Assembly (NCBI GenBank): GCA_020634815.1
Contig: JACKBA010000020.1
Span: forward strand, 42,907-106,906
Origin: Caldilineaceae bacterium
GTDB taxonomy: Bacteria > Chloroflexota > Anaerolineae > Caldilineales > Caldilineaceae
Reading direction: 5' to 3'
Length of the DNA: 64,000 bases
Position 1 is the stretch's first letter, and every line of letters begins with the position of its first letter. This document shows, piece after piece, positions 32,434 to 42,116 of the stretch. Under the pieces are notes generated by a model that saw only the letters and a list, made by a program, of their open reading frames with translations, was not told the origin of the DNA and searched no databases. The translations under genes were made by a program, and so were the position numbers.

Positions 32434-32905
32434 ATGGCTCTGCACGACTGTGAGATGGCTCTGCACGACTGCGAAATGGCTCTGCACGACTGTGAAATGG
32501 CTCTGCACGACTGTGAAATGACTCTGCACGACTGTGAAATGACTCTGCACGACTGTGAAATGACTCTGCACGACTGTGAAATGGCTCTGCACGACTGTGA
32601 AATGACTCTGCACGACTGTGAAATGACTCTGCACGACTGTGAAATGGCTCTGCACGACTGTGAAATGACTCTGCACGACTGTGAAATGACTCTGCACGAC
32701 TGTGAAATGACTCTGCACGACTGTGAAATGACTCTGCACGACTGTGAAATGACTCTGCACGACTGTGAAATGACTCTGCACGACTGTGAAATGACTCTGC
32801 ACGACTGTGAAATGACTCTGCACGACTGTGAAATGACTCTGCACGACTGTGAAATGACTCTGCACGACTGTGAAATGGCTCTGCACGACTGAGAAATGGC
32901 TCTGC
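32434..32905. repeat. Tandem array of 22.5 x 21-bp units ATG(A/G)CTCTGCACGACTGTGAA
   Basis: Directly visible; one + frame reads M(A/T)LHDCE x21, then MALHD*. Confidence 0.97.
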
Positions 32906-32929
32906 GCGGAGCGCGCGACGACATGAACG

Positions 32930-33628
32930 ATGGACCAGCCTGGGGTGGAAGGCGACGACGAGGCGCAGGCGCCGGTCGTCAAGCAGAAGCAGCGCGTGGA
33001 CTACTACCGGATGGTGGCGCTGGCGCGCCGGCAGATCGATTCGGTGCGGGCACTGGATCCGGTGCTGGCGGCGCTGCTGGCCGAGCGGGGCGTGACCACG
33101 GCCTATCTGATCAACCTGGAGTCGCAGCTCGAGGTGACCTTGTTGGCACTGGAGACGCGCCAGGCGAAGATGAAGGCGGCGCAGGATGCCGGCGTTGCCA
33201 TGGAACGGGCAAAGTTCATCGTGCAGGATGCGCTGGGCACGCTGCGCATTGTGGGGCGCACGGTGGCGGCCGAGGGCATCGAGGGCGACCTGACGCAGTT
33301 GCACCTGAACGACCCGCTGCCGCGTGCGATGGATCTGTTGATCTTGCAGGCGCGGGCGGCGTTCGAGGGGGCGCAGGCGGAGCCGTACGCCTCGCTGCTG
33401 GCGACGGCGGCCTATCCGCCCGAGGCAGTGGCGGCGGCGTTGACCGCGATCACGGTGCTGGAGCAACTGGAACGGGCGCGCGGGCTGGCCCAGAAGGAGG
33501 CGATGCAGGCGACGGAGAACCGCGACCGGGTCATGCGCGACCTGCGCCGGATGGTGCGCCCGCTGCGGGCGCAGATGCGAGCCGTGCTGCGCCGCCATCC
33601 CGAGTGTGTGACGCCGTTGGGATTCTGA
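32930..33628 (+). CDS. Hypothetical all-helical protein (232 aa)
   Basis: GC3-rich ORF with amphipathic helices, ending QATENRDRVMRDL...HPECVTPLGF; followed by hairpins. Confidence 0.8.
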   Translation: MDQPGVEGDDEAQAPVVKQKQRVDYYRMVALARRQIDSVRALDPVLAALLAERGVTTAYLINLESQLEVTLLALETRQAKMKAAQDAGVAMERAKFIVQDALGTLRIVGRTVAAEGIEGDLTQLHLNDPLPRAMDLLILQARAAFEGAQAEPYASLLATAAYPPEAVAAALTAITVLEQLERARGLAQKEAMQATENRDRVMRDLRRMVRPLRAQMRAVLRRHPECVTPLGF

Positions 33629-33697
33629 GTCGAGGCGGCGGCGCCGGGCGGGGGCATTGTCCGGCCGGCGCCTTTGAACCAACTGAATAGCGAGGGG

Positions 33698-33736
33698 ACA
33701 AACCCGGAATCGATGCAGGTTCCGGGTTTGTGTTTG
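33698..33736 (+). terminator. Stem-loop, probable terminator
   Basis: ACAAACCCGGAA-10 nt-TTCCGGGTTTGT followed by GTTTG. Confidence 0.55.
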
Positions 33737-33878
33737 GTGTGGCAGGGGCCGGGCTGGGGCGCGGCGATCGCAGGGACAGGGCGCCGCTGGGTCGGAAGCG
33801 GTGTCACGCGGCGGGCGGCTGGTGAGCGCGGTGCGGCGCAGCTTAGCCGGGCTGCGGCGGCGGTGCAAGCAGCGCCAG

Positions 33879-33966
33879 CGCGTGCCGCGATCGGGGAAGG
33901 TTTGCAGCGACAAGAAAGGATCGCCGCATAGCGACACGCTCACCACGAAGGCGCAACGGACGCCAA
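33879..33966. repeat. ~88-bp direct repeat, right copy
   Basis: Diverged copy of 32308-32395. Confidence 0.85.
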
Positions 33967-34112
33967 TGCCCACTGACTGCTAACGTCGACTATGGAGTAG
34001 ATGTCAGGAAATTGACAGCACAGCGCGCGGGATTTTGGAGCTTTACTACGATTACCAATAGAGAGGGTTACGAACAGACATGTAAGGCCTTTTCTATGGC
34101 CTGCGTGGATCG

Positions 34113-34121
34113 TGCTATACT
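34113..34121 (+). promoter_or_regulatory. Extended -10 promoter of the hsd operon
   Basis: TGCTATACT ~90 bp upstream of hsdM. Confidence 0.5.
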
Positions 34122-34211
34122 GGCGATGTCACATCAGTGGCTGGCGTTTGCTCCCGCGTGACGAGACTCCACGCCGCCCCAAGGACAAGACAAGTCTTCA
34201 CAACCGGCGAA

Positions 34212-35900
34212 ATGCCAGAAACGCAATCGAATATGGCAACCCGCGTTATCGACATCGAAAACCAACTCTGGAGCGCTGCCGACCAACTGCGCGCCAATTC
34301 CAATCTGAGTCCGCAGGAATATTCTTTACCTGTGCTGGGGCTGATTTTCTTGCGCTATGCCGACTTTCGATTTGGCGTAATCGAGCGAGAATTGGCCGAG
34401 AAAGCCAGAGCAGCGGAGGAAGCTCGTGCCGCGGTTGCCGAGGAGGGCGTCGAGGGCATCTACGCGCCCAGGCGAAGCAGCCGTCGAATCCTCGATCCGA
34501 AGCTGCCTTATCAGGCACGTGGCATAATGTATGTACCGCCTGAGGCGCGCTACGACTACCTGCTCAATCTGCCGGAGAGCGAAGATGTGGGCAGAGCAGT
34601 CATCGATGCTATGCGCGCCATCGAACGCGACAACTCGACCCTACGCGACGTGCTGCCCAAGAACTACAACCGGCTGAGCAACGACACACTCAAGACGCTG
34701 CTCAAGATTTTCAACGGCGTGCCGATGGATATCGAGGGCGATGCGTTTGGCCGTATCTATGAATACTTCCTGGCCGAGTTTGCCCGTACGGAAGGACAGC
34801 GCGGCGGCGAATTCTTTACGCCTACGTCGGTCGTGCGTCTGATTGTCGAAATCATCGAACCGTATCGCGGGCTCATTCTTGACCCGGCGTGCGGATCGGG
34901 GGGCATGTTTGTGCAGTCGGCACGGTTCATGGCAGAACACCGCCAACAAGATGGCGGTCCCAGAGACGTCCTCTCGATCTACGGGCAGGAACGCGTCAAC
35001 CAGACGGTGCGGCTGGCGCGCATGAACCTGGCCGTGCACGGGCTGGAAGGTGACATCAAGCAAGGGAACAGCTACTACGAAGACCCGTTCAATCTGGTGG
35101 GCAGATTCGACTTTGTGATGGCGAATCCACCCTTCAATGTCAACGGCGTCAACCGTGAGGATTTGAAGGGTAACAAGCGTTTTCCCTTTGGTATGCCCAA
35201 TGTGGACAACGGCAACTATTTGTGGATTCAGATGTTTTACAGCGCGCTCAACGAAACGGGGCGAGCGGGCTTTGTCATGGCCAACAGCGCCAGCGACGCG
35301 CGCCACTCTGAACTGGAGATCCGCCGCCAGTTGATCGAGAGCGGCGCCGTGGATATTGTCGTCAGCCTGTCATCGAATTTCTTCTACACGGTGACATTGC
35401 CGGTGACACTTTGGTTTCTTGACAAGGGGAAGCGCGGTACGCCGCGTGAAGATACTGTACTCTTCATTGACGCGCGCAAAATCTTCCGGCAGGTAAGTCG
35501 AGCCGTGCGTGACTTCACCGAAGAGCAGTTGCAGTTTATTGCTGATCTCGCCCGTCTATATCGAGGCGAAAGAATCAGCCTCGAAAATCGTGTTATTCCT
35601 GTTGATGGTGGATGGGGATCTGTCAATACTCTAGCAGAACTCTTCCCAGATGGTAATTATGTCGATGTTTTAGGACTGTGCAATGCAGCTCACCGAACGG
35701 ATATCGAGTCCCAAGGTTGGAGCCTTAACCCAGGACGCTATGTGGGCTTTGCCAAAGACGATGCTTCAGAGATCGATTTTTCGGTTAGGCTGGGAGAGCT
35801 ATATGAAGAGTTCCAGCTGTTGACCGCTAGTGCCCATTCCATGGAACAAGAAATCTGCGATCGAATCGATTCCATCTTTGAGATGAGCCAGCAACAATGA
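34212..35900 (+). CDS. hsdM: Type I RM N6-adenine methyltransferase subunit
   Basis: LWSAADQLR, GEFFTP, DPACGSGGMF, MANPPFN and WSLNPGRYV motifs. Confidence 0.96.
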   Translation: MPETQSNMATRVIDIENQLWSAADQLRANSNLSPQEYSLPVLGLIFLRYADFRFGVIERELAEKARAAEEARAAVAEEGVEGIYAPRRSSRRILDPKLPYQARGIMYVPPEARYDYLLNLPESEDVGRAVIDAMRAIERDNSTLRDVLPKNYNRLSNDTLKTLLKIFNGVPMDIEGDAFGRIYEYFLAEFARTEGQRGGEFFTPTSVVRLIVEIIEPYRGLILDPACGSGGMFVQSARFMAEHRQQDGGPRDVLSIYGQERVNQTVRLARMNLAVHGLEGDIKQGNSYYEDPFNLVGRFDFVMANPPFNVNGVNREDLKGNKRFPFGMPNVDNGNYLWIQMFYSALNETGRAGFVMANSASDARHSELEIRRQLIESGAVDIVVSLSSNFFYTVTLPVTLWFLDKGKRGTPREDTVLFIDARKIFRQVSRAVRDFTEEQLQFIADLARLYRGERISLENRVIPVDGGWGSVNTLAELFPDGNYVDVLGLCNAAHRTDIESQGWSLNPGRYVGFAKDDASEIDFSVRLGELYEEFQLLTASAHSMEQEICDRIDSIFEMSQQQ

Positions 35901-37132
35901 GATGGCCGGAAGTCCCATTTGAAGACCTGTACTCAGCACCATCACGCAATGGCTTAAGTCGTCCAAAACGAGTGCGGGGACAAGGGTTCAAAATGATCAA
36001 TATGGGTGAACTCTTCGCCTATGATCGTATAGCGGACCCACCTATGGAACTCGTACCGATGACACCGGATGAAATCGAGAAATACCGGGTCATCGAAGGT
36101 GACCTTCTTTTTGCCAGGCAGTCACTGGTTCTCGAGGGCGCCGGAAAATGTTCAATAATTCTCAAAGTTCCACAAACAACAACCTTTGAGTCTCACTTAA
36201 TTCGTGTGCGCCTTGACGAGTCAAAGGTGGACCCGACCTTCTATTACTATTTTTTTCGTAGCTCTGAAGGTAAAAGCAGAGTTCAGTCGATAGTGATGCA
36301 GGTTGCCGCGGCCGGCATTCGCGGCGCGGACCTTGCCAAGCTCTCAGTACCATTGCCCCCGCTTGAACACCAGCGGAAAATCGCCGCCATCCTGTCTGCC
36401 TACGACGATTTGATCGACAACAACAACCGGCGCATCGCCATTTTGGAAGAGATGGTGCAGCTACTCTATCGAGAATGGTTTGTTCATTTCCGTTTCCCAG
36501 GGCATGAATCGGTGCCGATGGTGGAGTCGGAGTTGGGGTTGATTCCAGAGGGGTGGACATGGTCTACGCTGGGTAATGTCGCGTCAGAAGTCAGGCGTAC
36601 TGTCCAACCGTCTGATATCGCAGGCGAGACGCCATACATCGGTCTCGCACATATGCCAAGGCGCTCAATTACCCTATCAGAATGGGGCAGAGCCGACGAA
36701 GTATCAAGTACGAAGCTGCAATTCAAAACTGGCGAGATACTGTTCGGCAAAATCCGACCATATTTCCACAAAGTTGGTGTCGCACCAGTTGATGGCGTTT
36801 GTTCGAGTGATATTATCGTTGTTCGACCATCAGAGGAGCGTTGGATGGCACTTACACTCTGTTGCGTCTCAAGCGATGCTTTTGTCGAACATGCATCCCA
36901 AACGTCTCAAGGCACAAAGATGCCACGAGCTGACTGGAACTTGCTTGTCAGGTATCCTTTGGCTGTGCCCCCAGAATCGCAACTTGGTTGGTTCAACGAG
37001 ACGGTGGGCGCAGTTGTTGACCTCCTGCTTAATTTCATCGCTAAGAACATTGTGCTCCGGACAAGTCGCGATATTCTATTGCCCAATATTCTGTCTGGCG
37101 AATGGGACATTGATAACATCAATTTAGCTTGA
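35897..37132 (+). CDS. hsdS: Type I RM specificity subunit
   Basis: Two TRDs with conserved spacer PLPPLEHQRKIAAILSAYDDLIDNN...GLIPEGW and RDILLPNILSGE. Confidence 0.95.
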   Translation: MRWPEVPFEDLYSAPSRNGLSRPKRVRGQGFKMINMGELFAYDRIADPPMELVPMTPDEIEKYRVIEGDLLFARQSLVLEGAGKCSIILKVPQTTTFESHLIRVRLDESKVDPTFYYYFFRSSEGKSRVQSIVMQVAAAGIRGADLAKLSVPLPPLEHQRKIAAILSAYDDLIDNNNRRIAILEEMVQLLYREWFVHFRFPGHESVPMVESELGLIPEGWTWSTLGNVASEVRRTVQPSDIAGETPYIGLAHMPRRSITLSEWGRADEVSSTKLQFKTGEILFGKIRPYFHKVGVAPVDGVCSSDIIVVRPSEERWMALTLCCVSSDAFVEHASQTSQGTKMPRADWNLLVRYPLAVPPESQLGWFNETVGAVVDLLLNFIAKNIVLRTSRDILLPNILSGEWDIDNINLA

Positions 37133-37149
37133 ACACCGAGAGGTATCTT

Positions 37150-39117
37150 GTGGAAGTCAGCACAATCCTCAATCAAATTGACCTTGGCGCCATGGCGCTA
37201 CCCGAATTCCAACGCGGCTATGTGTGGAACCGCAACCAGGTGCGCGAGTTCATGGGGTCGCTTTACCGGCGCCACCCGGTCGGCGGGCTGCTGGTATGGG
37301 TGACCAAGACCGAGCAGGCCAACGCACGAGGCGACCAGTCTCTGGCCGCCGGTAACGTCGAGTTGATTCTCGATGGCCAGCAGCGGGTCACGTCATTGTA
37401 CGGCATCATCCGCGGTACGCCACCACCCTTCTTTGAGGGTAATGCCGATGCCTTCACCGATCTGTATTTCAATATGGCCGACGAAAGTTTTGAATTCTAC
37501 GGCCCCATCAAGATGGCGGACAATCCGCACTGGGTCAGCGTCACGGATTTGATGAAACGTGGGCTGGGCCCGTATATCGGGCGCATCTATCAACATGAGC
37601 CGCTCCAGGCCAACGCCGAAACATATATCGAGCGTCTCAATCGCCTTCACACCATCAAGGATATCCAGGTACACATCGAAAAGGTGACCGGTCCAGACAA
37701 AGATGTCGATGTGGTGGTTGAGATCTTCAACAAGCTCAACAGTGGCGGTACTAAGCTATCCAAGGGTGACCTGGCGCTGGCGCGTATTTGCGCCGAGTGG
37801 CCCGATGCACGCCAGGAGTTGCGTTCGCTGCTGACGAAATGGCGTAAGGCCGGCTTTGGCTTTGATATGGACTGGCTGCTGCGCAACGTCAATGCGGTCG
37901 TGACAGGCAAAGCGCTTTTCCTGGCGCTTAAGGATGTACCAGCGACGGAGTTTCAAGGCGGTCTCAAACAGGTGGATAAGGCTATCGATTATCTGCTCAA
38001 CGTGATCAGCGGCCGGCTTGGGCTGGATCACGACCGCGTGCTGGGCAGTCGCTATGCCTTTCCCATCATGTCACGCTATCTCGTCCAGCGCGGCGGCAAG
38101 TTTCATAACGCCAAGGAGCGAGATCGGCTGCTCTACTGGTATGTCCACACACTGCTGTGGGGACGCTATGCCGGCTCCACCGAATCGGTGTTGATGCAGG
38201 ACTTGACGGCCATGGAACGCCCTGGCGACGCCATCGACGGATTGATTGACCAGTTGCGCATCTGGCGCGGCGATCTGATAGTACGTCCGGAAAACTTCGC
38301 TTCGTGGAGCATCGGCGCCCGGTTCTATCCGATGCTCTACCTGCTGACGCGCGTTGGCGAGGCGCGCGACTGGGACACCGGATTGGTCCTAAAGGCTGGA
38401 CTGTTGGGCAAGACGAGCCGGTTGGAAATCCATCATATCTTCCCCAAGTCTCAGCTCTACCAGCGTGAGTTCGGCCGTGCCGAGGTCAACGCCCTCGCAA
38501 ACTATTGCTTCCTCACCCAGGCAACGAATCTGAACATCAGCAACACCCTGCCCGAAGTCTACTTCCCCGAGGTCGAAGCCAAGAACCCGGGCGCGCTGGC
38601 CTCGCAGTGGGTGCCCATGGACCCGGCGTTGTGGCGCGTGGAGAATTATCTGGACTTCCTGGCTGAACGCCGACGCCTGCTGGCTACGGCTGCCAATGAA
38701 TTCCTGAATGGCTTGCTAGGCGAAAGCGCAGCGCAACTACAGGATGTGCCACTGCCCGAAGTAATCCCAATCGATCTGGGCAGCGCCGCCGTGCCGGGCG
38801 GCATCACCGGCGACGACGAAGAGACTGAACTGCTGGATGTCAACATCTGGATCACGGAACAAGCGCTGCCCGAGGGCGAAATGTCCTACGAGCTTGTCGA
38901 TGCCGAGACTGGCGACGTCAAGGCGCTACTCGATCTTGCGTGGCCGCAGGGGATTCAAACCCAGTTCAGCGAGCCAGTTGCACTCCTGCTCAACGAAGAA
39001 GTCAAAACGCTCGAGGTTGCCAGCGCCGCCGGCTTCCGCTGCTTTACCGATGTCCCTACGTTCCGGGCATATGTTGAGAAGGATATTTTGGCTTTGGATG
39101 CTGTAGCGGCTGATTGA
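37150..39117 (+). CDS. GmrSD-like type IV restriction protein (DUF262 + HNH/DUF1524) with extra C-terminal domain
   Basis: LPEFQRGYVW, LDGQQRVTSL, FNKLNSGG and EIHHIFPK...NYCFL...NLNISN motifs. Confidence 0.88.
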   Translation: MEVSTILNQIDLGAMALPEFQRGYVWNRNQVREFMGSLYRRHPVGGLLVWVTKTEQANARGDQSLAAGNVELILDGQQRVTSLYGIIRGTPPPFFEGNADAFTDLYFNMADESFEFYGPIKMADNPHWVSVTDLMKRGLGPYIGRIYQHEPLQANAETYIERLNRLHTIKDIQVHIEKVTGPDKDVDVVVEIFNKLNSGGTKLSKGDLALARICAEWPDARQELRSLLTKWRKAGFGFDMDWLLRNVNAVVTGKALFLALKDVPATEFQGGLKQVDKAIDYLLNVISGRLGLDHDRVLGSRYAFPIMSRYLVQRGGKFHNAKERDRLLYWYVHTLLWGRYAGSTESVLMQDLTAMERPGDAIDGLIDQLRIWRGDLIVRPENFASWSIGARFYPMLYLLTRVGEARDWDTGLVLKAGLLGKTSRLEIHHIFPKSQLYQREFGRAEVNALANYCFLTQATNLNISNTLPEVYFPEVEAKNPGALASQWVPMDPALWRVENYLDFLAERRRLLATAANEFLNGLLGESAAQLQDVPLPEVIPIDLGSAAVPGGITGDDEETELLDVNIWITEQALPEGEMSYELVDAETGDVKALLDLAWPQGIQTQFSEPVALLLNEEVKTLEVASAAGFRCFTDVPTFRAYVEKDILALDAVAAD

Positions 39118-39851
39118 ACTTGGAACAGATAGCAGACCACCTTCTAAGAAACTCGCAGCTTCCTGGAAGGGTAGTAGCACTACAACCAACAGTAGAAAGA
39201 TACCCCGATGCAGATTCGCACGGTCACCATTCACAACTTCCGTTCTATCGTCGATGGGCGCTTTAGCCTCAATGATTACTCGCTGCTAATCGGCGCCAAC
39301 AACTCCGGCAAGAGCAATATCATCGACGCGCTACGCGTCTTCTACGAGAAGGACGGCTATAAGTACGACCCAAAGCGCGACCGCCCGCTTGTCCCCATCA
39401 ACGATGAAGAGGCCTGGATCGAGATTGTATTTGTACTGAATGATGACGAGGCCGAAGGTCTTAAAGGCGAGTACCTCCAGCCGGGAAACCTGCTGCGGGT
39501 GCGCAAGGTGCTGGCAGGTGAGCCAAAGCCGGGCATCTATGCATATGAAGGCGCCGAAATCTCCAAGAATTCCTTCTACGGTGCGAAACCTGTTCAGCAG
39601 GGTAAGTTGGGCGAAGTCATCTACATTCAGGCTGTAAGTCGCCTGGAGGATGAGACAAAGCTCAGCGGCCCATCGCCGCTGCGCGATCTGCTCAGCCAGC
39701 TGCTAACTGACGTGCTGGAAGGCAGCACCGCTTTTGCCAAGTTGACCAAGGAATTTCAGGACTTCGCACAAACGGTGAAGTGCGAACAGACAGATGACGA
39801 ACGCTCGATTAGCCGGTTGGAAACCGAGATTAGCAACGGTATCGCCGAATG

Positions 39852-41099
39852 GGTACCACCGCACTTAATCGTGACGTCATGAGCACCACCTGGCGACGAG
39901 CGCTTTTGTCTGTTTTGACTGTGGACCTCGGCGTGGCGGTGGCGTCCAGGGTGGTGGCGGCACCTTGAACGTGAGCAGTTCGGCCGGTGTCCAACAATGG
40001 TCAGTTAGCTTGGCCGCCATCGCTGGGGTCCGTTGCACCCAGCGATAGCGTCGTTCCGTAATCCAGAGGCGCAGACGCAGGCTTTCATGTTCATCACAGA
40101 AGTTGTAGAAACAACCCACCACATACATGCCTGCAGTCAAGGTCGCCTGCTGCTGGGCCAGAGAACGCGTGCGTCGTGCCAGACAGGCCAGCCGCTGGCG
40201 GAAGGTGGCATTGAGCCGCTCGATGTAAGCGGTGTTGATGACGCCACCGCCCTGCGAACGGGTGAGCAACTGCGTCACCGCCGGTGCACTACCTTGCACA
40301 ATGCGCCGCACGATGTCCAGTCCCGCCGCCGTGCGGTGTTTGACCACCTGCACGATGGCGATGTCCGACCATGCCACCAACTGAGGGCGACCCGGCTGCC
40401 CATGCCGCGGCAATGGCGAACGAAAGGCAGCCCGAAAGGCGCTGACATAGCTCACCAAGCCATCAACCGCCAGCAGGAGTGGGCGGCACAGTGCCATGCC
40501 ACGCACCTTAGCGGCCAACTTGGCAATCAGCTCCAGGTCACGCCGCGGGCTGATGACACCGCCCAGCCACAGCCGTGTGGGCACCATCAGCGCCATGGCC
40601 ATCCAGACACTCCCACCTTGCACCTTGGCCTTGATTTCATCGGCTTGCACCTGCTGCAAGTCCAACTGCTGCGTCTCCACCATGTGTTCATGCACCCGCC
40701 GACAGTGCTCACCCGACCGTCGCCACCACTCCTTCACCGTCCGCTCATCATAGCCAAACGCCTGCACGATCGCTTGCGGCGGACACCCATAGGCCAGCAG
40801 CGTGATGACCAACATCACCTGCACGCTGTCTGTCCGCAGCCGATAGAACAACGTGTCCTTCGTGGCGCTGAACGTCTGCTGGCAGACTGCGCACCGATAA
40901 CGCTTTTCCTTACGGCTATGCACGCTGATATTATCTTGGCCTTGCTTTCCCCTTGCCGCACAGGCCAAATTGGGACAGAATACACTTTGTGGGTTCATGG
41001 TGATGCCTCCTTTGGCTTGGTAACCAGGAGTATACATCACCACGAACCCACATTATCTTTGTCGACTATGCCTCTTCCACGCTTAACTGTGGTGGTACC
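39852..41099 (-). mobile_element. 1248-bp IS1-like insertion sequence
   Basis: Imperfect ~22-bp terminal IRs GGTACCACC(G/A)CA(C/G)TTAA(T/G)CGTG; 8-bp target duplication GCCGAATG at 39844-39851 and 41100-41107. Confidence 0.92.
39877..40998 (-). CDS. DDE transposase, IS1-like single ORF
   Basis: Zn ribbon CPNLAC...RYRCAVC, HTH, ADE...VDG...IERLNATFR; RBS AAGGAGG. Confidence 0.9.
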   Translation of the reverse strand: MNPQSVFCPNLACAARGKQGQDNISVHSRKEKRYRCAVCQQTFSATKDTLFYRLRTDSVQVMLVITLLAYGCPPQAIVQAFGYDERTVKEWWRRSGEHCRRVHEHMVETQQLDLQQVQADEIKAKVQGGSVWMAMALMVPTRLWLGGVISPRRDLELIAKLAAKVRGMALCRPLLLAVDGLVSYVSAFRAAFRSPLPRHGQPGRPQLVAWSDIAIVQVVKHRTAAGLDIVRRIVQGSAPAVTQLLTRSQGGGVINTAYIERLNATFRQRLACLARRTRSLAQQQATLTAGMYVVGCFYNFCDEHESLRLRLWITERRYRWVQRTPAMAAKLTDHCWTPAELLTFKVPPPPWTPPPRRGPQSKQTKALVARWCS

Positions 41100-42116
41100 G
41101 CCGAATGGGACACCGAATTCAACCTGTCGATCAACCCGGTTGATAAGGCCGACATCATCAAGAACCTCGTCGGCTTCGAGGTTATCGACAAAGCGCTGCA
41201 ACAGGCCACCGACCCGAGGCGACAGGGCCAGGGCTTCCAACGCCACCTGGTCTATACGCTGATCCGCCTTGCCGCCAAATATCAAACGCCTGCGGCACCA
41301 ACCGACCGCAAAGAGTTCAAGCCATCGCTAACGCTTTACCTGTTTGAAGAGCCAGAGGCGTTTCTACATCCAACACAGCAGGATGTGTTGTGTCGCAGTC
41401 TCAAAAAACTGGCGGCACAAGAAGGAAACCAGGTTCTGCTCACCTCGCACTCCCCGCACTTTGTCTCGCACAACACGATGGATATTCCGTCGATCATCCG
41501 ACTCTCTCGCCCGCAGGCGCGCACGCTTGTCGGCCAGATCGATCAAAGCAGACTGGAAGCCATCTTCGCTGACAATCAGGCCATCAATGCACTTGTCAAA
41601 CCACACGACGATGACTATAAGCTGGACATGGAGGCCATCAAGTACTTCTTGTGGTTAGGACCTGAACGCTGCGGTGTCTTTTTTTCCAGGCATGTGCTGA
41701 TGGTAGAAGGTCCAACCGAATACGTCCTGCTTCGCCACCTGATCGACGAAGGGCGCATTGAACCGCCAACGGGAGGCGTGTTCATCCTCGACTGCATGGG
41801 CAAATACAACTTCCATCGCTTCATGCATATACTCGGGGCGCTCAATGTGTCGCACTCGATCCTGTTCGATGGTGATGCTAACAAACCACCGCATGATCGC
41901 ATCCACCGGTTGATCTGCGAAACCTGCAACGGTCACACCAAGGAGGTTGCAGTTTTTCCCGACGATATCGAAACTTTTCTCGGCATCGAGGAACCAAAGG
42001 AGACGCGTCGCAAACCGCAGCATCTCATGCTGCAATTGCGCGAAGGCGCCATCACTGAAGAACGTATCGACGCCCTGGTCGCCCTGGTCGACCGACTGAT
42101 CCGAGTGTAGCCCACC

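Larger units (their letters stand above)
39208..42110 (+). pseudogene. OLD-family ATP-dependent nuclease (ABC ATPase + TOPRIM) split by an IS
   Basis: IHNFRSI and GANNSGKS before the IS; GQGFQR, FEEPEAFLHP, SHSP, VEGPTE and FDGD after it. Removing the IS and one target copy restores a 548-aa frame. Confidence 0.9.

Noticed and set aside
32434-32905. CRISPR array
   Set aside because: Units are contiguous with no unique spacers, and no cas operon is present.
32220-33973. Minus-strand ORFs through the 21-bp array (SRAESFH, QSHFTVV, RVISQSC repeats) and + ORF 32896-33690
   Set aside because: Open only because the unit lacks stops on that strand, or they shadow the 32930-33628 gene.
39208-42110. 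Gabija system
   Set aside because: An OLD/GajA-like gene is present but there is no adjacent UvrD-like GajB helicase.
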